Shown here: one piece after another, positions 26,922 to 35,759 of the stretch
How positions within the stretch are numbered: position 1 is the first letter of the stretch
Layout of the letters: the number at the start of each line of letters is the position of its first letter
Origin: an uncultured Bacteroidales bacterium
GTDB taxonomy: Bacteria; Bacteroidota; Bacteroidia; Bacteroidales; VadinHA17
Assembly (NCBI GenBank): GCA_963838215.1
Contig: CAWIQG010000007.1
Coordinates: 8,308-72,307 of the forward strand
Direction: 5' to 3'
DNA: 64,000 nucleotides
Translations under genes and position numbers: made by a program
Notes under the pieces: generated by a model
Told to the model about the DNA's origin: nothing
Database searches by the model: none
What the model saw: the letters and a program-made list of their open reading frames with translations, nothing else

Positions 26922-28598
26922 TTATCTTTTAATATTCGGCAACTCCAGTCCGTAACCTTTCTTTTTATCTTCTGCTTTAAGAAGGAATGCAAACAGCAGG
27001 GAAAGTACGCTCAGGGTGGTGAACAGAACCAGGTCGAAGAAATAATTATATCTCAGGTTCAATCTGCTCTTTTCAATAATCGGATAAATAGCTTCTGATG
27101 TTTTAATTTCGATATCCTTATCAAATTTCCCTTTATCTCCTGACGGATTAATGCCTGAAAGTGCACTGGCTGTACTTGCTGAGATACTGCTTTTCAGACT
27201 TATCATATCAGAAAGTGAAGTCGGAGCAGACTCATAAGTAGTATTCTGCACAAGTGAGTCAATTGTACGGCTGCTGGCTTTCTCGGCAAGCTGGGAGATT
27301 TCTTTAGCTGTAAGATTAAAGGATTTTGCAGATAATATCCGTTGATAGGCACTGGTTACTGCCTCTTTTACAGCTATTTTATTAGGTGTTACATGGGGAT
27401 TTGTGGAATTAAGAACTATTCCTAACAATAGTGGAATTATCCATAATCCAATATTTTGAATCCAGAAGATCACAGCATAAGCTGTTCCCAGCTGCTTTTC
27501 CGGTATAATTTTTGGAACCGAGGGCCACATTGCAGCAGGAACCAACGAAAAACCAATTCCAAGAATAATTACGACAGAGGCTGCGAGCCACCATGCATTA
27601 AATATTGGAATGGTCAGCATACTATGAACAAAAATCAAAATAAACGAACCGATAATCATGATAGTTGCACCTTTCCCTTTTTTGTCATAAACTGTACCGA
27701 ATAATGGTGTTAGAAAAATAGTTCCAAAAGGCAGCAAACCGGGAATAGCTCCTGCAAGGTTTGGATTAATATGATATTTATTAATCATCAGATCGGTCGC
27801 ATAAAATAAAAACGGGAAAACTGCGGAATAAAACAAAACGCAGAGAATGGCAATATACCAGAATCCTCTGTTCTTGATAATGAACAAAATATCTTTAAGT
27901 TCAAAAGCATCTTCTTTGGCATTACTATTTGAGCTCTGAGCAATTGAAGCATCCAGTTTCCTGTCCATGAATGTGTAAATAATAAATGCAGATAATGCAA
28001 TCAGCATAAATACAAAGGCCAGCAAAACCGGAGATGAGTAGGAATATGTTCTTGCCACCGGTAAGGCTATAAATAGTGCCAGAGCCGTACCAAGCCTGGC
28101 TATTGACATCTGCATACCCATTGCCAGAGCCATTTCTCTTCCTTTAAACCATTTTACCACAGCCTTCGAAACCGTGATTCCGCCTGCTTCGGTTCCAACC
28201 CCAAATATTCCGAATCCGATTGCTGAAATTATTACCTGTGTTTTTATTCCAAAAATCAAAGCTCCTTCAGGGAACACGTGTCTGAGTGCCCAGTAATTAA
28301 GTCCTGTTCCGATTGCCATCATGGATGTGGCAGCAAGACCGGTAAAACGCACCCCCATTTTATCGAGGATAATTCCACTAAAAATAAGCATGAACAGAAA
28401 TACATTGAACCATGTATATGAAGATGTATATATCCCGAAATCAGAACTGTTCCATCCCAAAACACTTTCAAGCATTGGTTTAACGGGGGAAAGGGCATAA
28501 TTAAAGAAATATGCTCCGAACATTGAGAATGATACGATTATAAGTGCGGTCCATCTTGCCTTCTTCGAATCACGTAAAGTATTGATTATTTGTTCCAT
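26922..28598 (-). CDS. MFS transporter (MFSD1-like), paralog with a large late-loop insertion
   Basis: 12-TM MFS pattern (GIILDKMGVR, KWFKG.EMALAMG, LCVLFYSAVFPF, WPSVPKIIPE.QLGTAY); about 100 extra hydrophilic residues before the last TM. Confidence 0.9.
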   Translation of the reverse strand: MEQIINTLRDSKKARWTALIIVSFSMFGAYFFNYALSPVKPMLESVLGWNSSDFGIYTSSYTWFNVFLFMLIFSGIILDKMGVRFTGLAATSMMAIGTGLNYWALRHVFPEGALIFGIKTQVIISAIGFGIFGVGTEAGGITVSKAVVKWFKGREMALAMGMQMSIARLGTALALFIALPVARTYSYSSPVLLAFVFMLIALSAFIIYTFMDRKLDASIAQSSNSNAKEDAFELKDILFIIKNRGFWYIAILCVLFYSAVFPFLFYATDLMINKYHINPNLAGAIPGLLPFGTIFLTPLFGTVYDKKGKGATIMIIGSFILIFVHSMLTIPIFNAWWLAASVVIILGIGFSLVPAAMWPSVPKIIPEKQLGTAYAVIFWIQNIGLWIIPLLLGIVLNSTNPHVTPNKIAVKEAVTSAYQRILSAKSFNLTAKEISQLAEKASSRTIDSLVQNTTYESAPTSLSDMISLKSSISASTASALSGINPSGDKGKFDKDIEIKTSEAIYPIIEKSRLNLRYNYFFDLVLFTTLSVLSLLFAFLLKAEDKKKGYGLELPNIKR

Positions 28599-28712
28599 GA
28601 TTAATTTTTTTTGGTTATAAGTTTCTGACGGGTAAATGTAATTAATAAATTTTTTAAACGAATTAATCGGCCAACTATTTCATTGGATACAATTCATGAT
28701 AAAAATTAAGAT

Positions 28713-30101
28713 TTATTTCTTAATATTAGGAAGTTCAAGGCCATATCCTTTTTTCTTGTCTTCCGCTTTAAGCAGGAATGCAAAAACCAGGGCAATTATA
28801 CCAAAACTCATAAAGATAAACATTGGTAATGTATAATTGTAAGTAGTTACGTAACTTCCTTCCACCAGAACTTTACCGGTAATACAATATTTATCGAGAA
28901 CCCAGCCAATAAGAAAAGGAACTCCCCATAATCCAATATTCTGGACCCAGAAAATCAAAGCATATGCCGTTCCCAGCTGCCTTTCCGGAATAATCTTTGG
29001 CACCGATGGCCACATTGCGGAGGGCACTAATGAAAATCCAATTCCCAAAATAAGGATTAAAAATATCGCAAAGAAATAACTGTTAAAAAGTGGGATTGCA
29101 AAAAGAAAATGTACAAGAATGATAAGCATTGAACCAATTATCATTATTGTAGCACCCTTTCCTTTTTTGTCGTAAAGGCTCCCAAAGAACGGGGTAAGGA
29201 GAATATTCCCAAAAGGCAGCAATGAAGGTATAAGACCTGCATAATAATCATCCACGCCAAATTTATTGATCATTAAATTTGTGGCATATTTCAGAAAGGG
29301 GAACACCGCCGAATAGAAAAGAACACAGAGAATTGCAATGTACCACCATCCTCTATTGGAAACAATTGACCAAAGATCTTTTATTTTAAATGCTTCTTCA
29401 GGTTCTTCATCATTTCCTTCTGCTGCCAAAGCCAGGGATTTATCAAGTTTCTTATCCTGAACACAATAAACAAAAAACGAAAGTAATCCAATACATAACA
29501 AAATCAGACAAATAAGTACAGGAGCAGAAACATGTCCAAATTTTAATGCTACCGGTAAAGATGAGGATAACGCAACCGCTGTTCCAAGCCTCGCTATTGC
29601 AAGTTGCAATCCCATAGCCAAAGCCATTTCATGACCTTTAAACCATTTAACAATAATTTTCGAAACTGTAACACCTGCAACTTCACATCCGACTCCAAAT
29701 ATTGCAAACCCTATAGAAGCTAACCATACCTGTGCGGGAAATGTCCAGATTATTGTCCAAGTTTGTCCGTCCAGAGAATGTGTGGATACTGCATAATATT
29801 TTATACCAGCGCCGATAATCATAACAATACCTGAAACTATTCCTGTGAATCTGACACCCATCTTATCGAGGATTATCCCTCCAAAAATGAGAAAGAAGAA
29901 AAATACATTAAACCAACTATAAGAACCCGAAAACCAGCCATAAGAAGTTGCCGACCAATGCAATTCTTTATCAAGCATTCTTTCAAGGGGTGACATAACA
30001 TCAGTTAAATAGTACCCTGCAAACATTGTAAATGCTACAATAAGCAATGCTGTCCAGCGTGCGACTTTAGAATCACGAAGAGTATTGGTAATTGTTTCCA
30101 T
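28713..30101 (-). CDS. MFS transporter (MFSD1-like), tandem paralog
   Basis: Same motifs as its neighbour and a near-identical C-terminus (FAFLLKAEDKKKGYGLELPNIK); start METITNTLRDS aligns with MEQIINTLRDS. Confidence 0.9.
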   Translation of the reverse strand: METITNTLRDSKVARWTALLIVAFTMFAGYYLTDVMSPLERMLDKELHWSATSYGWFSGSYSWFNVFFFFLIFGGIILDKMGVRFTGIVSGIVMIIGAGIKYYAVSTHSLDGQTWTIIWTFPAQVWLASIGFAIFGVGCEVAGVTVSKIIVKWFKGHEMALAMGLQLAIARLGTAVALSSSLPVALKFGHVSAPVLICLILLCIGLLSFFVYCVQDKKLDKSLALAAEGNDEEPEEAFKIKDLWSIVSNRGWWYIAILCVLFYSAVFPFLKYATNLMINKFGVDDYYAGLIPSLLPFGNILLTPFFGSLYDKKGKGATIMIIGSMLIILVHFLFAIPLFNSYFFAIFLILILGIGFSLVPSAMWPSVPKIIPERQLGTAYALIFWVQNIGLWGVPFLIGWVLDKYCITGKVLVEGSYVTTYNYTLPMFIFMSFGIIALVFAFLLKAEDKKKGYGLELPNIKK

Positions 30102-30302
30102 AAATGGTTGCTTAGTTGAATTTAAGAGGGTGAAAGTAATTAATATATTTCTCAAACAAATTAAAAATACTTTTATTTCGGAACCATTTTACTTCAGAAT
30201 TGTTAAATTATAATTAAGATAAATATGCTACATTTGGCGAATTGTTGACGATCTCAGATTATTAAATAATTCTTATATTAAAGTTTGTGAAGGACATATA
30301 TC

Positions 30303-30830
30303 ATGAAAAAATCTGTTACACTTATATTTTTTGTACTGGTTTCCTTGATTTCATTTTCTCAACAAAAGATAAAATGGTACACAATTGAAGAAGCTGAAAA
30401 ACTTAATAAAAAGGATCCCCGACCGATTTTTATAGACACTTATACTGATTGGTGCGGATGGTGTAAAAAAATGGATAAAGACACTTTCACGAATTCAGTG
30501 ATTTCTGATATCCTTAATAATAAATTTTATCCGGTTAAGTTTAATGCTGAAGGAAAAGATAGTATTAATTTTCTCGGTCACACCTATATAAATGACGGTA
30601 AATCAGGAAATGCCCATCAGCTTGCAGTTGCACTTTTACGGGGACAATTATCTTATCCGACAGTTGTTTTCCTGACTGCTCAGAAAAACGGCGAATTACA
30701 AGCTTCTCCGGTTCCAGGTTACAGGGAAGCAAAAGACATGGAAATTTTGCTAAGCTTCTTTGCAGATAAAGCTTACGAAACTCAGAAATGGGATGATTTT
30801 CAGAAGAGTTTTCAGGGGAAAGTGAAGTAA
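30303..30830 (+). CDS. Exported thioredoxin-fold protein (DUF255/SoxW-like)
   Basis: Signal peptide, YTDWCGWCKKMD, FYPVKFNAE, SYPT; -7 motif TACATTTG at 30229-30236. Confidence 0.9.
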   Translation: MKKSVTLIFFVLVSLISFSQQKIKWYTIEEAEKLNKKDPRPIFIDTYTDWCGWCKKMDKDTFTNSVISDILNNKFYPVKFNAEGKDSINFLGHTYINDGKSGNAHQLAVALLRGQLSYPTVVFLTAQKNGELQASPVPGYREAKDMEILLSFFADKAYETQKWDDFQKSFQGKVK

Positions 30831-30837
30831 TACCCCT

Positions 30838-31959
30838 CTACTTTCCGATAATATAATTCGATGGCAGCTGAATAATCTCTCCAAACTGGTAAACAAGCCT
30901 TCTGGAATTGAATAATATATCAGGTCCTTTGCTGATTTTCATTTTTACCACATCCGGAACCCTGTAAAATAATTTATCAAACGAAGGCGCTTCTGTCTCT
31001 GCTTTTTGTTTCTTAATTATTGTGAGATTTTTAGTTTTATGTTCGGGAATAAGTTCTACAGTTACAGGAATTCCTACTTTTGCTGTACCTGCAACCGGTC
31101 CTGTTAATTCGGAGAATTGGAACAGTGTTACTGGTTTTCCAATCATTGCTTTTTCAGGAATTACCTGGTATGAGAATGTTTTGGTTTCTTTTAGGGTTTT
31201 ACCAGTGAATAATTCCGTATATTCCTTTTCGAGACGATTAATCTCATCTATTGCAGCTTCATTCTGCGGAAAGACATTAGCTTCGCCTGTAAGAATAAGA
31301 TGCTTTCCATCTCTCATTTCCATAAGTCTTTTGGCAGCCTTCTCAGCCAGCTGATCAAGAGTAAGCTTTTTTTTCTTTTCCACTATGTAAGGTATCCGGA
31401 TGAATGAGGAATCGACATTTACGCGTTTATAAAGTGTATCAGTCTCCTGCTGAAAGTATTCATCTGATCCAAGATCATAATAGCTGTTCTGAGTGATCTC
31501 TGAATCGCTTGTCGCGTTCTGCCGCTTTTCCGAATAATATGTCACCGGGTTCAGATCAAGAATAAGACCCTCTTTCTTTAGTGCCAGAATATTTGTCTGA
31601 AAAAGAGTATTGCTTTCAATTACATAAAACTCAGAAGGATCCAGCTCCTCGTTAGTTTTGACTGTCAGGTCCTCTATTGACCAGTATTCATTTTCACTCT
31701 GAATAACATTATCAAGACCAAGCAGATCGCCGGCATATCGCGCATACGGACCTGGCTTTTCTATTGTCCTTTCCATTTTTACATACACGGTAAACACAGT
31801 CCTTGGCAGACCATACACAATACTTCCTTCCCTGAGCTTGACTGTATCAGACAGAGGTAAAATAATGATCTTCGGTTCAGCAAGCTTCCTGTTTGTAAAA
31901 CATGAAGATGTGAATAATAAAAATATCAGATATATGGATAGCCTTGGAATAGTTTTCAT
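30838..31959 (-). CDS. DUF4831-like lipoprotein
   Basis: Lipobox FTSSC; YGLPRT, PGPYARYA..LLG, EY.ELFTG, YRVP, QFG motifs. Confidence 0.75.
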   Translation of the reverse strand: MKTIPRLSIYLIFLLFTSSCFTNRKLAEPKIIILPLSDTVKLREGSIVYGLPRTVFTVYVKMERTIEKPGPYARYAGDLLGLDNVIQSENEYWSIEDLTVKTNEELDPSEFYVIESNTLFQTNILALKKEGLILDLNPVTYYSEKRQNATSDSEITQNSYYDLGSDEYFQQETDTLYKRVNVDSSFIRIPYIVEKKKKLTLDQLAEKAAKRLMEMRDGKHLILTGEANVFPQNEAAIDEINRLEKEYTELFTGKTLKETKTFSYQVIPEKAMIGKPVTLFQFSELTGPVAGTAKVGIPVTVELIPEHKTKNLTIIKKQKAETEAPSFDKLFYRVPDVVKMKISKGPDILFNSRRLVYQFGEIIQLPSNYIIGK

Positions 31960-31971
31960 ATTGTGTGTTTT

Positions 31972-32010
31972 AAGTTCAAAGTTTAAAGTTCAAAGTTTTG
32001 ATGTTTAAAA
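31972..32010. repeat. Heptamer array (GTTYAAA)
   Basis: AAGTTCAAAGTTTAAAGTTCAAAGTTTTGATGTTTAAAA filling the intergenic gap. Confidence 0.7.
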
Positions 32011-32012
32011 AT

Positions 32013-33533
32013 TCACGCTTCAGTTTCTCTTATTTTATTGAACGCATTTCCCAGATTCATAATTATATCTGACGCAATAATTGATTCATAACACGATCTT
32101 TTAGCAGCTATATCACCTGCAAGACCGTGAAGGTAAACTCCTAAAACAGATGCATTTTCAGGTGTATAACCTTGCGCAAGCAAAGATAATATTATTCCTG
32201 TAAGTACATCGCCGCTACCGGCAGTCGCCATACCGGGATTACCGGTGCTATTGAACATTACTTTTCCTTCAGGGGTTGTGACAGAAGTATGAGCCCCTTT
32301 AAGAACAATTATACATTTATGTTTTTGGGAGAATTCAACCTGACTCTTAAGTCTGGTAAAACTATTTTCCTGTTTTTCTGTAAGTCGTTCAAATTCTTTA
32401 GGATGTGGAGTAAGAACTGTTCCGGCAGGTAAAAGAGAAAACAACTTTTTATTTAAAGAGAGGATATTAAGTGCATCAGCATCAATTACCATTGGCTTTT
32501 TACATCCGGATAACAAACTATGAAGGGCTTTTTGAGTTTCCAGTTCGATCCCAATGCCAGGGCCTATACCTATAGCACTGAAAGAGTCAGTGTTTCCTAT
32601 TTCTGAAATAAAGTCCTGGGCTAAGTCTGTTCTTATCATTGTCTCAGGAGAAGCGCTTTGTATAATCAGACTACCACATGAAGGTATGTGACATGTTATC
32701 AATCCAATACCTGTTCTAAGAGCTGCCATGGCTCCCATGACTGCAGCACCCATTTTATCCAAAGACCCTGAAACCAGCAAGCCATGACCAAAATTTCCTT
32801 TATGATCAAATTTATTTCTTTTCTTAAGCAAAGGAGCAATATCACTCTTATCCAATAATATATAAGACGAATACGTATTTCTTATTATATTGCTGTCTAA
32901 ACCGATTGGTAACACTTCCCACTCTCCGACATATGGAGCATTTTCGGCAAACATAAATGCGAGCTTGGGGAATTGAAAAGTAAGAGTGAAATCGGCTTTT
33001 ATAACACTGGCAAAGGAATTTTCACAATTATCTTCACCAAACAACCCTGATGGAATATCAATGGAAATAACTGTCGGATCAATCTCGTTTATCTTTTTTA
33101 TCACCTCGCCCGCTAATCCTTCAACCGGATGTGTCAGTCCGGAACCGAAAATTGCATCTATTACGATATCACCTGAAGAGATAGTCGGGAACTGATTTGC
33201 ATTTGTTATAAAATCCAGACTGATAGCTGTTTCCGTTTCCAGACGCTTCCTGTTAAGCTCCCAATCGGCTGATGTCTTTTCAGTATAATTAACATAATGT
33301 ACTTCAGCATCATACCTGTTATTGACCAGCAACCTGGCAAGAGCAATACCATCTCCTCCATTGTTACCCGGACCTGCAAAAACAACGAAGTGTGCAGATC
33401 GTCCAAACTTGTCTGTTATCCATCTGAACAGCTGTCCTGCAGCTCTCTCCATAAGATCAACGGATGCAATAGGTTCCTGCTTAATGGTGTACTCATCAAT
33501 TTCTCTTATCTGCTTACAACTGAAAATTTTCAT
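32013..33533 (-). CDS. nnr: Bifunctional NAD(P)H-hydrate epimerase/dehydratase
   Basis: LMERAA, GPGNNGGDG, DAIFGSGL, DIPSG (YjeF_N); HKG.FG, GPGIG, DADALN, TPHPKEF, GNPGMATAGSGDVLTG (YjeF_C). Confidence 0.95.
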   Translation of the reverse strand: MKIFSCKQIREIDEYTIKQEPIASVDLMERAAGQLFRWITDKFGRSAHFVVFAGPGNNGGDGIALARLLVNNRYDAEVHYVNYTEKTSADWELNRKRLETETAISLDFITNANQFPTISSGDIVIDAIFGSGLTHPVEGLAGEVIKKINEIDPTVISIDIPSGLFGEDNCENSFASVIKADFTLTFQFPKLAFMFAENAPYVGEWEVLPIGLDSNIIRNTYSSYILLDKSDIAPLLKKRNKFDHKGNFGHGLLVSGSLDKMGAAVMGAMAALRTGIGLITCHIPSCGSLIIQSASPETMIRTDLAQDFISEIGNTDSFSAIGIGPGIGIELETQKALHSLLSGCKKPMVIDADALNILSLNKKLFSLLPAGTVLTPHPKEFERLTEKQENSFTRLKSQVEFSQKHKCIIVLKGAHTSVTTPEGKVMFNSTGNPGMATAGSGDVLTGIILSLLAQGYTPENASVLGVYLHGLAGDIAAKRSCYESIIASDIIMNLGNAFNKIRETEA

Positions 33534-33762
33534 CGCTATTGTAAATTGTTTTACAAATTTACATTCTTCATCCATTATTAAAAAGCAACTTGTAAATAAT
33601 GAATGTTAACAAGTGGGGAAAGCAGGTTTTTCTTCAAAAATAGATTAATATATTTGTTTGTTATCAGCTTGTATCAATCAACGCGTATATCATAATTTAG
33701 TACGCTATAGAAAGAAAATCAGTTATTTGATCCTGAATTAATTATTAACAAATAAACTAAAT

Positions 33763-35586
33763 ATGCTTAAAAATCATCCCAGGGGACTTCTCGTAGCTTT
33801 CTTCTCAAATATGGGTGAAAGGTTCGGATTTTATACAATGATGGCTATTCTTGTTCTTTTTCTTCAGGCCAAGTTTGGACTTTCAGCTGAAAAAGCAGGT
33901 GGTATCTATAGCTGGTTCTATTTTAGCATATATGCCCTGGCTCTGGCAGGTGGAATTCTTGCTGATGCGACAAAGAAGTATAAATTGGTTATACTTGCCG
34001 GTATTATAATAATGTTCGCCGGTTATATTATTATGGCTATACCGGGGATGACACTGACTATCACTATTATCGGACTCTTTACTATTGCTCTTGGCAATGG
34101 TTTATTCAAAGGCAACCTGCAGGCTGTCGTCGGACAGATGTACGATGATCCGAAGTATTCCGCATTGAGAGACTCAGCTTTTATGATCTTTTATATGGGG
34201 ATAAATGTCGGGGCATTTTTTGCTCCCTTTGCTGCTACCGGTATACGCAACTGGTGGCTCAAAGCCAATGGATTTACTCATGATGGCACTCTCCCATCTC
34301 TTTGTCACCAGTACATAAATGGTACACTGACTGATACGACAGCTTTACAGCAGCTAGCTAACCATGTAAGTCTTAATGGCCCGGTGACAAATCTGGCAGG
34401 CTTTACCGGCAAATATCTTGAAGTTTTCTCTAAAGGTTACAATTATGCTTTCGGAATTGCAGCAGGAGCTATGGTAATTTCCCTGCTGGTCTATATATTT
34501 TTTAACAGGTTGCTTCCAAATAAAGAAAAGGTTATTGCAGAAACAGGAACTAAAATTGAATTTAAACCTATGATTCTTCTTGTTTCACTTGCTGCAATGG
34601 TAATTACTGCCTTCGCTATGAAGTTCATCAACGGTCTGGCTACTGGGTTTGCATTTGGATTATTTGCCGGTTTTATTACCTGGATCATTTTGAGTTCACG
34701 TAAAGAAGAAAGAACACGTACCACCGCACTGGTTCTTGTTTTTATAGTTGTGGTTTTCTTCTGGATGTCATTTCATCAGAATGGTCTTACTCTCACATTG
34801 TTTGCCAGGGATTATACGGCTAAACAGGTGTCTCCATTTACCAATTTCTTTTTCACATTGCCATCGATGCTGGCTTTTGTGGGATCCATAGCAGGACTTG
34901 TTTTACTGATACGTAAAAACCTGAAAAAAAATGCCAGGATAGCCGGAGCAGTAATTTTTGCAATAGCTTTTATATACTCATTTTATCTTTTAACCGGGTT
35001 TGATATTACCGATTTATTAAAGAAATGGATCACTCCGTTTGGAGTGCAAAATGCCATCTCACCGGAAGTTTTCCAGTCATTTAATCCACTTTTCATTGTT
35101 GCATTGACTTTCCCGGTAATGGGTGCCTTTGCGTGGTTATCAAAAAAAGATTTAGAACCTTCAACCCCTAAAAAAATAGGAATTGGAATGGTGATTGCTG
35201 CTGTCGGATTCATAGTTGTACTTTTTTCGTCAAAAGGACTTCCTTCCCCATCATCTTTGGCAGGGGCTCCTCTTAATGATATAAACAGAGTTTCACCATA
35301 CTGGCTCATAAGCAGTTATCTCATACTTACAATAGCTGAACTTTTCCTCAGTCCAATGGGATTATCATTTGTTTCTAAAGTGGCACCATCGAGGTTCCAG
35401 GGACTGATGCAGGGCGGCTGGTTGCTTGCAACGGCAGTCGGTAATAAGTTATTGGTAGTTGGTACAATCCTATGGGATAAAGTGTCATTGACCACACTTT
35501 GGTTAGTATTTATCTTGTGCTGTCTTGTCTCCACCACCTTCATATTCTCAATAATAAAAAGACTTGAGAAAGCAGGTCATAGCTAA
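33763..35586 (+). CDS. POT/PTR-family proton-dependent peptide transporter
   Basis: HPRGL, NMGERFGFY, GNGLFK.N, FYMGINVGA, FQSFNPLFI, AELFLSPMGLS. Confidence 0.93.
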   Translation: MLKNHPRGLLVAFFSNMGERFGFYTMMAILVLFLQAKFGLSAEKAGGIYSWFYFSIYALALAGGILADATKKYKLVILAGIIIMFAGYIIMAIPGMTLTITIIGLFTIALGNGLFKGNLQAVVGQMYDDPKYSALRDSAFMIFYMGINVGAFFAPFAATGIRNWWLKANGFTHDGTLPSLCHQYINGTLTDTTALQQLANHVSLNGPVTNLAGFTGKYLEVFSKGYNYAFGIAAGAMVISLLVYIFFNRLLPNKEKVIAETGTKIEFKPMILLVSLAAMVITAFAMKFINGLATGFAFGLFAGFITWIILSSRKEERTRTTALVLVFIVVVFFWMSFHQNGLTLTLFARDYTAKQVSPFTNFFFTLPSMLAFVGSIAGLVLLIRKNLKKNARIAGAVIFAIAFIYSFYLLTGFDITDLLKKWITPFGVQNAISPEVFQSFNPLFIVALTFPVMGAFAWLSKKDLEPSTPKKIGIGMVIAAVGFIVVLFSSKGLPSPSSLAGAPLNDINRVSPYWLISSYLILTIAELFLSPMGLSFVSKVAPSRFQGLMQGGWLLATAVGNKLLVVGTILWDKVSLTTLWLVFILCCLVSTTFIFSIIKRLEKAGHS

Positions 35587-35759
35587 GAATTATAATTTCA
35601 TTAATGGATTTATGGATTTAACTATAATGTTTATTTAATAAAACCTAAATAATTTAATATTTGTAATTTATTACAGGATATTACCTTCTTTTTACTATTT
35701 TTGTGACCTGATAATATGCATCCATTGAGATGCATTTTCATTTTATTAAGCACTTAACT

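Noticed and set aside
35590-35759. Threonine attenuator or leader peptide
   Set aside because: No Thr/Ile-rich leader ORF or terminator; only a short ATGCATC/GATGCAT hairpin.
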